From an uncultured Solirubrobacterales bacterium (GTDB lineage: Bacteria; Actinomycetota; Thermoleophilia; Solirubrobacterales; 70-9), in contig CAVUBT010000002.1 of the NCBI GenBank assembly GCA_963739855.1, positions 124,613-188,612 on the forward strand: a stretch of DNA of 64,000 bases. The letters are read 5' to 3'. The translations under genes were made by a program, and so were the position numbers. The notes beneath the pieces were generated by a model. That model was not told the DNA's origin. It was given only the letters and a program-made list of their open reading frames with translations, and searched no databases. Shown piece by piece: positions 39,811 to 48,078 of the stretch (the first letter of the stretch is position 1; each line of letters starts with the position of its first letter).

Positions 39811-39899
39811 GATCGGACCGGAGAGTGGCTTCGGGGTTGACTCTCTAGCGCCCAAGGGCCGTGGACCCCGGTTCACCCGGATTGGGGCAGGCGTTTGTT

Positions 39900-40018
39900 G
39901 GGAGGAGTTGGGGGTCCCTGGAGCGCGCGACGTCCTGATTTTCGCAGTGCCGGTCAGCTAGAGCTGGCGAGCTCCCGGCGAAAATCCCAGCAAGCGGAAG
40001 GGACCCCCAACTCCTCCC
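39900..40018. repeat. ~119-bp palindromic element, copy 2 (inverted relative to copy 1)
   Basis: 19-bp perfect terminal inverted repeat GGGAGGAGTTGGGGGTCCC / GGGACCCCCAACTCCTCCC. It shares TGGAGCGCGCG.CGTCCTGATTTTCGC and GGCGAAAATCCCAGCAAGCGGAA with the complement of copy 1. Confidence 0.9.
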
Positions 40019-40054
40019 CCGCAGACCCCTTCGAACCCAAGCCGCAGCTATGTT

Positions 40055-40504
40055 TTGGCAGTGCCGCAACGTGACCTGTTCGCCGACTTCGCCAGGATGC
40101 GCCGTGAGATGGATCAGATGATGGGAGATGCCTGGGGGCGGACCCGCTACGTGACGCGGCGCAGCTCTGGGTTCTCGCCCAATATCGACGTGTACTACTG
40201 CGGGGAGCCGCAGCGGGCTGTGGTCAAGGTCGATCTCGCCGGCGTCGAGCTGAGTGAGGTCGGGATCGAGGTCAGTGGGCGTCACCTGGCGATCGTCGGG
40301 GAACGGCCGGTGCAGGAGACCGAGGGGCGGGTTTACCAGCAGGTGGAGATTCCCTCGGGGCCGTTCCGTCGTGTGGTCGAGCTGCAGGTCGAGGTCGATG
40401 CCGACCGTGCCAAAGCAACTTATGAAGACGGGGTGCTGCGGATCGAGTTGCCGCTGCGCGACCCCGGCGAGACGACCCGCCGGGTGCCGATCGGACGCAA
40501 GTGA
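40055..40504 (+). CDS. Hsp20/alpha-crystallin family small heat-shock protein
   Basis: ...FSPNIDVYY.....AVVKVDLAGVELSEVGIEVSGRHLAIVGERP.......YQQVEIPSGPFRRVVELQVEVDADRAKATYEDGVLRIELP... TTG start. Confidence 0.88.
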   Translation: MAVPQRDLFADFARMRREMDQMMGDAWGRTRYVTRRSSGFSPNIDVYYCGEPQRAVVKVDLAGVELSEVGIEVSGRHLAIVGERPVQETEGRVYQQVEIPSGPFRRVVELQVEVDADRAKATYEDGVLRIELPLRDPGETTRRVPIGRK

Positions 40505-42888
40505 TGGAGGGCCAGCCGGTCCTCGAAGTCGTCGACTCGCCGCTCGACGCCGAGGACGCGATCCGCGCCAACCAGCCGCTCCCCGACGCCCTCCCGGTGC
40601 TGCCGCTGCGCGACACCGTCACCTTCCCGGAGACGCTGACGCCGCTCGCGGTCGGCCAGGAGCGCTCGATCAAGCTCGTCGACGACGTCCTCGGCGGCAA
40701 CCGGATGCTGGTGATGGTCGCCGCCCGCGATCCCGAGGACGAGGAGCCGGGCCCGGACGGCCTCTACGAGGTCGGCGTGGTTGGCGTCGTCGCCCGCATG
40801 ATCAAGGTCCCGGACGGCTCGCTGCGCATCCTCGTGCAGGGCACCCAGCGGGTCCGCCTCGACTCCTTCGTCACCGAGCGCCCCTACCTGGTGGCGCGGA
40901 TTACCGAGCTGCCCGACGTCAGCGAGCCCAGCGCCGAGCTCGAGGCCCTGACCCGCAACGTCCAGCGCACCTTCTCGGAGATCGTCGAGCAGATCCCCTA
41001 CCTGCCGGAGGAGTTGCAGATGGCGGTCGCCAACATCGACGACCCGGCGGCGCTCGGGCACCTGATCGCCGGCGCCCTGCGGGTCGGCACCGAGGAGAAG
41101 CAGAAACTGTTGGAGGAGGTCGACGTCGCCAAGCGGTTGCGCCACCTGGCGCGGATCCTCGCCCGCGAGCTCGAGGTCGTCCAGCTCGGCACCCAGATCC
41201 AGACCCAGGTGCAGTCGGAGATCGACAAAGGCCAGCGCGAGTTCTTCCTGCGCCAACAGCTCAAAGCGATCCAGGAAGAGCTCGGCGAAGTCGACGAGCA
41301 GCAGGCCGAAGTGGACGAACTGCGCGAGCGGATCGACAGCGCCGACCTGCCCGAGCACGCCCTCAAGGCAGCCGACCGCGAGCTCTCGCGGCTGGAGAAA
41401 CTGCCGCCGGCAGCAGCCGAGCACAGCGTCATCCGCACCTACCTGGAGTGGTTGGTCGAGCTGCCCTGGGCGCAGGAGACCGAGGACAACCTCGACATCG
41501 GCCACGCCCGCAAGGTGCTCGACGCCGACCACTACGACCTCGAAAAGGTCAAGGACCGCATCCTCGAGTACCTGGCGGTGCGCAAACTCAACCCCGACTC
41601 GCCCGGCCCGATCCTCTGCTTCGTCGGCCCGCCCGGGGTCGGCAAGACCAGCCTCGGCCACTCGATCGCAAAAGCGCTGGGGCGCGAGTTCGAGCGCATC
41701 TCGGTCGGCGGCGTCCGCGACGAGGCGGAGATCCGTGGCCACCGCCGCACCTATATAGGGGCGCTGCCGGGGACGATCGTCCGCGCCCTGCGCGACGCCG
41801 GCACCCGCAACCCCGTCTTCATGATCGACGAGATCGACAAGATGGGGGCCGACTTCCGCGGCGACCCCGCCTCGGCGATGCTGGAGGTCCTGGACCCGGC
41901 CCAGAACGACTCCTTCCGCGATCACTACCTCGACCTCGAGTTCGACCTCTCCGACGTCGTCTTCATTGCCACCGCCAACGTCCTCGACACGATCCCCGGC
42001 CCGCTGCTGGACCGGATGGAGACGATCGAACTGTCCGGGTACACGGTCGAGGAGAAGCGCCACATCGCCCGCCGCTACCTGGTCCCGCGCCAGATCTCGG
42101 CCAACGGCCTCAAGTCCTCCCAGATCGAGTTCGCCGACGCCGCTCTGACCGCGGTGATCGAGGAGTACACCCGCGAGGCGGGGGTCCGCAACCTCGAGCG
42201 CCAGCTCGGCACGATCTGCCGCAAAGTCGCCCGCGACGTCGCCGAGGGCAAGGCCAGGGGGAAGGTCAGGGTCTCCGGCAAAAAAGCCCGCGAGCTGCTC
42301 GGCCGCCGCCGTGTCTTCGCCGAGACCCGCCGCCGCACCAAGCACCCCGGCGTCGCCACCGGCCTCGCCTGGACCCCGACCGGCGGCGACGTCCTCTTCA
42401 TCGAGGCGACGGCGATGCCGGGCGCGGGCAAGCTGACGATCACCGGCCAGCTCGGCGAGGTGATGAAGGAGTCGGCGCAGGCGGCGCTTTCCTGGGTCCG
42501 CGGCCACTGGGCCGAGATCGACCCGCAGCTGGGGGAGGACTGGTTCGGCGAGCACGACATCCACATCCACGTGCCGGCCGGAGCGGTGCCCAAGGACGGG
42601 CCCTCGGCTGGCGTGGCGATGACCGTCGCCCTCTCCTCCCTGATCGGCGGCCGACCGGTTCGCAACGATGTGGCGATGACCGGCGAGGTCACGTTGACGG
42701 GACAGGTGCTGCCGATCGGCGGCCTCAAGGAGAAGTCGCTGGCGGCGCAGCGGGCCGGGATCAAGCGCGTGATCGTGCCGGAGCGCAACGAAGGAGACGT
42801 CGCCGAGATTCCCGAGCACGAGCTCGGCGGCCTCGAGTTCGTCTTCGTCGACGAGGTCTCCAAGGCACTCGGCGTAGCCCTCTCTTAG
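40501..42888 (+). CDS. lon: ATP-dependent Lon protease
   Basis: LON N-domain ...LPVLPLRDTVTFPETLTPLAVGQERSIKLV..., Walker A GPPGVGKTS, ...DEIDKMG..., protease ...PKDGPSAGVAMTVAL... The start overlaps the hsp20 stop. Confidence 0.95.
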   Translation: MMEGQPVLEVVDSPLDAEDAIRANQPLPDALPVLPLRDTVTFPETLTPLAVGQERSIKLVDDVLGGNRMLVMVAARDPEDEEPGPDGLYEVGVVGVVARMIKVPDGSLRILVQGTQRVRLDSFVTERPYLVARITELPDVSEPSAELEALTRNVQRTFSEIVEQIPYLPEELQMAVANIDDPAALGHLIAGALRVGTEEKQKLLEEVDVAKRLRHLARILARELEVVQLGTQIQTQVQSEIDKGQREFFLRQQLKAIQEELGEVDEQQAEVDELRERIDSADLPEHALKAADRELSRLEKLPPAAAEHSVIRTYLEWLVELPWAQETEDNLDIGHARKVLDADHYDLEKVKDRILEYLAVRKLNPDSPGPILCFVGPPGVGKTSLGHSIAKALGREFERISVGGVRDEAEIRGHRRTYIGALPGTIVRALRDAGTRNPVFMIDEIDKMGADFRGDPASAMLEVLDPAQNDSFRDHYLDLEFDLSDVVFIATANVLDTIPGPLLDRMETIELSGYTVEEKRHIARRYLVPRQISANGLKSSQIEFADAALTAVIEEYTREAGVRNLERQLGTICRKVARDVAEGKARGKVRVSGKKARELLGRRRVFAETRRRTKHPGVATGLAWTPTGGDVLFIEATAMPGAGKLTITGQLGEVMKESAQAALSWVRGHWAEIDPQLGEDWFGEHDIHIHVPAGAVPKDGPSAGVAMTVALSSLIGGRPVRNDVAMTGEVTLTGQVLPIGGLKEKSLAAQRAGIKRVIVPERNEGDVAEIPEHELGGLEFVFVDEVSKALGVALS

Positions 42889-42893
42889 GCGCG

Positions 42894-44432
42894 ATGGAGG
42901 CGGCGACTTTCGGCAGGAGCGGACCTGCGGCATACGCACAATCGATTCGCGCGGCGGCCAGGGCCCGCTCGCGGGCCTTCTGGATCGTCGCCGGCCTGAC
43001 CACGCTGGCCGCCGTCCTGCGTTTCGCCACGCTCGGTGTCCAGGCCTACCATCACGACGAGATCGTCACCGCCAGCCGCGTCCTCCGCGGCGGCTTCGGC
43101 CACGCGATGGACGCGGTCGGCTTCAGCGAGTCGGCGCCGCCGCTCTACTACGCGCTGGCCTGGCTCTGGACCCAGGTGACGGGGACGGGCGAGTTCGGCC
43201 TGCGCTCGCTCTCGGCCGTGGCCGGGGTGGCGACGGTGCCGGTCGTCTACCTGGTCGGCCTGGAGCTGCGCGGGCGCCGCGCCGGGCTGATGGCGGCGGC
43301 GCTGGTCGCCGTCAACCCGATGCTGCTCTGGTATTCGCAGGAGGCGCGGGCCTACGCCCTGCTCGCCCTGCTCTGCGCGGTCTCGCTGCTCTACTGCGTG
43401 CGTGCCCTGCACGGCGGTGGCCGGCGCGACTTCGTGCTCTGGGGGATCGCCTCCGGCCTCGCCCTCGCCACCCACTACTTCGCCGTCTTCCCGATCGCCG
43501 CCGAGGTCGTCTGGTTGCTGCGGCGCCGCGGCCGGGCGAGCCTGCCGGGCCTGGGGATCGTCGGCCTCGCCGGGCTGGCGCTGGCGCCGCTGGCGATCCA
43601 CCAGACCTCGCTCGCCCACGCCGAATGGATCGGCAACTTCACGCTCGGCCACCGGCTCTGGGAAACCGCGGCGACCTTCGCCAGCGGCGAGACCAGCGAC
43701 ATCATCGCCAGGCCGGAGCGACCCGTCCTGGCGCTCGTGCCCCTTGCTCTCAGCCTGGCGGCGCTGGGCCTGCTTGCCTTTCGCGGCAGCCGCGAGGAGC
43801 GCCGCGCCGCGGCGGTTCCCCTCAGCCTCGCCCTGGCGGCGGTCGGCATCCCCGCGCTGCTTGCGGTGGTGCCGGCAGGCAAGGACTTCGTCCTCGCCCG
43901 CAACGTGCTGCCGGCGCTGGTGCCGCTGCTGATCGCGATCGCGATCGGCCTCACGCTCCCCGCCGCGCGCCGCCTGGGCGCGATCGTCGGCGCCGCTCTG
44001 TTCGCCTACTCGCTGGGCTTCTGCATCTGGGCGAGCGCCGCGCCGGACCTGCAGCGGCCCGACTGGGACGTGGTCGCCGCCAAGATCGGCGAACCCGAGG
44101 CGCCGCGGGCAACCGTCACCTGGGTCCTCGGCGAGGCATCGCTGCGCTACTACCTCTCGAGCGGGGCGATTCAGGTGACGCCGGCCGACGGCTACGACTG
44201 GCTGGTCCACGAAGTCGACTTCGTCTCCGACGGCAAGGTCGCGCCGCCGCCCGCGCGGCTGCTCGGCCCGGGATTTCGCGAAACCTCGCGGGAAGACGCC
44301 GGCCGCCTCTACATCAGGCACTTCGAACTGCCGGGGCCCGGCCTGGCGCCGCTGCGGCTGCGCGAGCTGCGCGATGCCGATCTCAACTTTCGTAATACCG
44401 GAGTCCTCCTCGACGGCATCGGCCCAGGGTGA
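42894..44432 (+). CDS. GT-C-fold glycosyltransferase-like membrane protein (family 39 / ArnT-like)
   Basis: ATG 42894. ...LRFATLGVQAYHHDEIVTA....SAPPLYYALAWLWT...GEFGLRSLSAVAGVATVPVVYLVG... then more than 8 further helices. Only the last 512 codons of the listed 1392-aa ORF are real. Confidence 0.75.
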   Translation: MEAATFGRSGPAAYAQSIRAAARARSRAFWIVAGLTTLAAVLRFATLGVQAYHHDEIVTASRVLRGGFGHAMDAVGFSESAPPLYYALAWLWTQVTGTGEFGLRSLSAVAGVATVPVVYLVGLELRGRRAGLMAAALVAVNPMLLWYSQEARAYALLALLCAVSLLYCVRALHGGGRRDFVLWGIASGLALATHYFAVFPIAAEVVWLLRRRGRASLPGLGIVGLAGLALAPLAIHQTSLAHAEWIGNFTLGHRLWETAATFASGETSDIIARPERPVLALVPLALSLAALGLLAFRGSREERRAAAVPLSLALAAVGIPALLAVVPAGKDFVLARNVLPALVPLLIAIAIGLTLPAARRLGAIVGAALFAYSLGFCIWASAAPDLQRPDWDVVAAKIGEPEAPRATVTWVLGEASLRYYLSSGAIQVTPADGYDWLVHEVDFVSDGKVAPPPARLLGPGFRETSREDAGRLYIRHFELPGPGLAPLRLRELRDADLNFRNTGVLLDGIGPG

Positions 44433-44527
44433 GCGCGGCCGGCGCATTTCGGCGTCCTCGGTCACTTGCGTGCAGAGCAGGCGGCGTTCCCTGCGTCCTT
44501 GAACTGCTTGACCACGCTCACCCTGGG
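44423..44527. repeat. ~105-nt stem-loop element A (starts on the stop codon of the 42894-44432 gene)
   Basis: Closing helix CCCAGGGTGAGCG (44423-44435) / CGCTCACCCTGGG (44515-44527). The interior shares colinear blocks with element B. Confidence 0.85.
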
Positions 44528-44574
44528 TATGGGGTTATCCTGCGTCAACGCCCCGGAATCCAGGAGGAGAAGGC

Positions 44575-45000
44575 ATGAGCAAGGCCACGGCCACCCGCGC
44601 CACCGATATTTACGAGACGGCCCGCGAGAATCCCTACGTGCAGCGTCTGATCGAGGACGACGAGCTGCGCGACAGCCTGCGTGACGCCTTCGAGGCCGCC
44701 AAGGGCGCCTACGGCCGCGCCACCGGCAACAACAAGGGCGCGGTCAAGGCCGTGACCAGCGACAAGAAGGTCCAGAAGGACCTGCGCGAGGCCGCCGAGA
44801 GCCTGCGCGAGGCCTCCGAGCGTCTGCGCAAGCCGGCGAAGCGCAAGAAGGGCATCGGCCGCTTCCTGCTCATCGGCCTGGTCGCCGGAGCGATCGCGCT
44901 GGTGCTCAGCGAGGGTGCCCGCAAGGCCGTGCTCGACGCCCTGTTCGGAGCCGAAGAGGAGTTCGAGTACACCAGCTCCACCAGCATCAACGGCTCCTGA
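44575..45000 (+). CDS. hypothetical protein with C-terminal TM segment
   Basis: Strong SD (CCAGGAGGAGAAGGC) before the ATG. Charged helical N-terminus, TM FLLIGLVAGAIALVL. No family recognised. Confidence 0.75.
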   Translation: MSKATATRATDIYETARENPYVQRLIEDDELRDSLRDAFEAAKGAYGRATGNNKGAVKAVTSDKKVQKDLREAAESLREASERLRKPAKRKKGIGRFLLIGLVAGAIALVLSEGARKAVLDALFGAEEEFEYTSSTSINGS

Positions 45001-45094
45001 CGGCCTCTGGGGCCGGCATGCGGCGTCCTCGGTCGCTCGTGTGCGGAGCACACTTCGCTTCCTGCGTCCTTGCCTGCCAGCCCCAGAGGCCGTC
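44999..45094. repeat. ~96-nt stem-loop element B (starts on the stop codon of the 44575-45000 gene)
   Basis: Closing helix GACGGCCTCTGGGG (44999-45012) / CCCCAGAGGCCGTC (45081-45094), extendable to 20 bp with one mismatch. Central hairpin GTGTGC-GGA-GCACAC (45039-45053). Confidence 0.85.
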
Positions 45095-45140
45095 AGGTCG
45101 GACTTGGGGACGTCAGGCCCAGCACTAGACTGATCATTAG

Positions 45141-45749
45141 ATGGAGGCGGCAACCAAAGAGCGGGAGCTGAGCGGCGATAAGGCGCAGCGCATCGTCGAT
45201 GCGATGCGCGACAGCGTCGCTCGCCGCGGCGCCGCCGGCTCGACCTTCGAGCACGTCGCCCGCGAGGCGGGAGTCAGCCGCGGCCTCCTCCACTACTACT
45301 TCGGGACCAAGGAGCGGCTGCTGGTCGAGGTGGTCCGCCGCGACGCCGAGATCCGCATCGCCCGGCTCGACGAGCGGCTGGCCAAGGCGAAGTCGGTGGA
45401 CGACGTCCTCGACGTCCTCGTCGCCAGCTTGACCGACATGATCGAGAACGAACCGGGCTTCTTCCTCCTCCTCTACGAGCTGTTCAGCGCCGGCCGCCGC
45501 AACCCCGACATCCAGCGCGAGGTCGGCCAGCTCTTCGAGCGCACCCGCTCCCACGTCGCCGAGGTGCTGGACACCAAGCAGCGCGAGGGCGTACTCAAGC
45601 TCCGCTTCGATGCCGAGGCGATCGTCTCCTACCTCTTCGCGCTCGGCGACGGCTTCGCCCTGCAGGCCCTCTCCGATCCCGAGCGCGACAACACCACCGC
45701 GCTTGCCGCCGGCGCCGCTTCGGCCCGGTACCTGCTGGTCGCCGAGTAG
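45141..45749 (+). CDS. TetR/AcrR family transcriptional regulator
   Basis: ...RIVDAMRDSVARRGAAGSTFEHVAREAGVSRGLLHYYFGTKERLLVEVV... Confidence 0.9.
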   Translation: MEAATKERELSGDKAQRIVDAMRDSVARRGAAGSTFEHVAREAGVSRGLLHYYFGTKERLLVEVVRRDAEIRIARLDERLAKAKSVDDVLDVLVASLTDMIENEPGFFLLLYELFSAGRRNPDIQREVGQLFERTRSHVAEVLDTKQREGVLKLRFDAEAIVSYLFALGDGFALQALSDPERDNTTALAAGAASARYLLVAE

Positions 45750-45822
45750 CGCTTCGATTAGTCCCGAGTGACGGCACTCACAGACCGGTGCTCGCCAGTG
45801 CGAAAAGCTGGCCAACCAGCCA

Positions 45823-48045
45823 ATGCGTAACGGAATGAATCGACTTGCAGCGTTTCTCGGCCGGCGTCGGCGCTGGGTCGTGGCTGCCTGGGTCGCGATT
45901 CTCCTCTGCGCTCTGCCCTTCGCGGCGAAACAGACCGACCACCTCACCGGCGGCGGCTTCGACGTTCCCGGCAGCGAGTCGATGGCGGTCAGCGAGGCGC
46001 TGCAGCGCGACTTCGGTTCGCAGTCAAACGGGGTCTCGGTGGCGCTCAAGGCGGAAGCGGACGCCGGCCCGGCCGCGCGCGCCGCGGCGATCGCCCGGGT
46101 TCGTCGCGAGGTGGCGGCGACCGAGGGAGTCGCGCTGGCACCCGCCACCGTCCGCCAGGCGCGGCAACAGCTCCGGCGCACCGGTTTCGCGATCCTGCCG
46201 CTGAGCAGCGATCTCTCTCCCGACGAGCTGATCGATGCGGCCACGACCATGCGCGAAGACCTCGACCCCGGCACCGCCGAGGCGGGGGTGACTCCGTATC
46301 TGGTCGGGCAGCCGACGATCTGGGCGGGGATGCAGGAGATCTCCAAGCAGGACCTGTCCAAGGCGGAGGGCACCGGTTTCCCGATCGTCGCCTTGATCCT
46401 GCTCGTCGTCTTCGGCTCGCTGGCCGCGGCGGCGCTGCCGCTGGCGCTCGGCTTCGTCAGCGTGCTCGTCACCGGCGCCCTCATCTACTTCATCTCGCTG
46501 CAGATGACGACCTCGGTCTTCGTCACCAACATGGCCTCGATGATCGGGATCGGCGTGGCGATCGACTACTCGTTGTTCATCCTCGCCCGCTATCGCGAGG
46601 AGCGCGAAGCCGGGCGCGACCAGAGCGAGGCCCGCGCCGAGGCGCTCACCACCTCCGGCCTCGCGGTCACCTTCTCCGGGTTGGCGGTGATCATCTCCCT
46701 GGCCGGCCTCTGGATGGTCGACAACCAGGCGCTGCGCTCGATGGCGCTGGGGGCGATGACCGTGGTCGCGGTCTCGATCCTGACCGCGACGACGCTGCTG
46801 CCGGCGTTGATCGCGATGCTCGGCGACCGGGTGCTGCCGGGCGGGGTCGTCGGCCGGGTCGAGCGCTTCTTCAAGCACACCGTCTTCCGCCGCCCGGTGA
46901 CCGAGCCCGCGGCGGTGACCGCGACAGGTCCCAGTCGCTTCTGGGAGGGCTGGACGCGGCGCGTGATGGCGCGGCCCTGGACCGCGATCGTCGCCGTCTC
47001 GGCGGTCCTGCTGACCCTGGCGATCCCGGTTCTCTCGCTCGAAACCGGCACCCAGGCGCTGAGCCAGTTCCCCAAGGACAGCGACGTGCGGGTCGGCAAC
47101 GAACTCGCCTCGGCCGAGCTCGGCGGCGGCACCGATCCGGTCCTGATCGCCGCCAGCTTCGATGGCGCCCCCGACCGCGCCGACCGTGTCGCGGTCGCCG
47201 GTTTCGCGCGGCGGCTCGAGGCGACGCCCGGGATCAGCGCGGTCGCCCCACCCGCCTTCGCCGCCAATGACGTCCTCTTCCAGGCCACCCCCAGCGCCCC
47301 GAGCGAGTCCGACGCGGCGCTGGCCCTGGTCGACCGCCTGCGCGAGAGCGTCGTCCCCGCCACCGCCCTGGCCGCGGTCGCGAGCGTCGACGTCGGCGGC
47401 GAAACCGCCCGTGGCCACGATGTCCGCGACCAGATCAGCGGCTCGATGTGGAAGATCGTCCTCTTCGTCCTCGCCCTCAGCTTCCTCGTCCTGATGGTGA
47501 TGCTGCGCTCGCTGATCCTGCCGCTGAAGGCGGTGCTGATGAACCTGCTCTCGATCGGGGCCGCGTTCGGAGTCCTGGTCGCGATCTTCCAGTGGGGCTG
47601 GCTCGACGGCTTCCTCGGCTTCGAAGGCCAGGGGGCGCTGGACACGATCAACGTGCCGCTGATCTTCGCCGTCGTCTTCGGCCTCTCGATGGACTACGAG
47701 GTCTTCCTGATGTCGCGGATCCGCGAGCGCTACCTGCGCCATGGCGACAACGAGCGGGCGGTGGCCGAGGGGCTCTCCTCCAGCGCCCGCACGATCTCCT
47801 CGGCGGCGCTGATCATGACCGCGGTCTTCGCCGTCTTCGTCCTCACCGGCGTGCCCTCGATCAAGGAGCTCGGGCTCGGCTGCGCCGTGGCGATCGCCCT
47901 CGACGCGACCCTGGTGCGGCTGATCCTGGTCCCGGCGGCGATGAAGCTGATGGGCGCCTGGAATTGGTGGATGCCCTCCTGGCTGGATCGCCTCCTGCCC
48001 GACCTCAGCTTCGAGGGCGGCGACCCCGAGCCGGCCGAGGCCTAA
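45823..48045 (+). CDS. MMPL family transporter (second copy)
   Basis: 740 aa. ...IGVAIDYSLFILARYREE... and ...GLSMDYEVFLMSRIRE... motifs. 12 TM segments in two bundles. Confidence 0.9.
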   Translation: MRNGMNRLAAFLGRRRRWVVAAWVAILLCALPFAAKQTDHLTGGGFDVPGSESMAVSEALQRDFGSQSNGVSVALKAEADAGPAARAAAIARVRREVAATEGVALAPATVRQARQQLRRTGFAILPLSSDLSPDELIDAATTMREDLDPGTAEAGVTPYLVGQPTIWAGMQEISKQDLSKAEGTGFPIVALILLVVFGSLAAAALPLALGFVSVLVTGALIYFISLQMTTSVFVTNMASMIGIGVAIDYSLFILARYREEREAGRDQSEARAEALTTSGLAVTFSGLAVIISLAGLWMVDNQALRSMALGAMTVVAVSILTATTLLPALIAMLGDRVLPGGVVGRVERFFKHTVFRRPVTEPAAVTATGPSRFWEGWTRRVMARPWTAIVAVSAVLLTLAIPVLSLETGTQALSQFPKDSDVRVGNELASAELGGGTDPVLIAASFDGAPDRADRVAVAGFARRLEATPGISAVAPPAFAANDVLFQATPSAPSESDAALALVDRLRESVVPATALAAVASVDVGGETARGHDVRDQISGSMWKIVLFVLALSFLVLMVMLRSLILPLKAVLMNLLSIGAAFGVLVAIFQWGWLDGFLGFEGQGALDTINVPLIFAVVFGLSMDYEVFLMSRIRERYLRHGDNERAVAEGLSSSARTISSAALIMTAVFAVFVLTGVPSIKELGLGCAVAIALDATLVRLILVPAAMKLMGAWNWWMPSWLDRLLPDLSFEGGDPEPAEA

Positions 48046-48078
48046 GCGCCCTTCTCGGTACGCGCTTAGGATGGCGGC

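Noticed and set aside
39811-40054. Known heat-shock operators (CIRCE TTAGCACTC-N9-GAGTGCTAA, HAIR CTTGAGT-N7-ACTCAAG) upstream of hsp20-lon
   Set aside because: I looked for them by eye and found no match to either. Only the novel palindromic elements are present.
40254-44432. 1392-aa ORF, the longest in the track
   Set aside because: Its first ~880 codons run out of frame across hsp20 and lon and are Arg/Pro/Gly/Ala-rich low-complexity sequence, typical of an off-frame in GC-rich DNA. Only the last 512 codons (from ATG 42894) look like a real membrane protein.
44423-45094. Integron attC sites or a gene cassette as an explanation for the two stem-loop elements flanking one small ORF
   Set aside because: No integrase is present. 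There are no RYYYAAC/GTTRRRY core sites at the element ends, and the flanking genes (a GT-C glycosyltransferase and TetR-MMPL) do not look like a cassette array.
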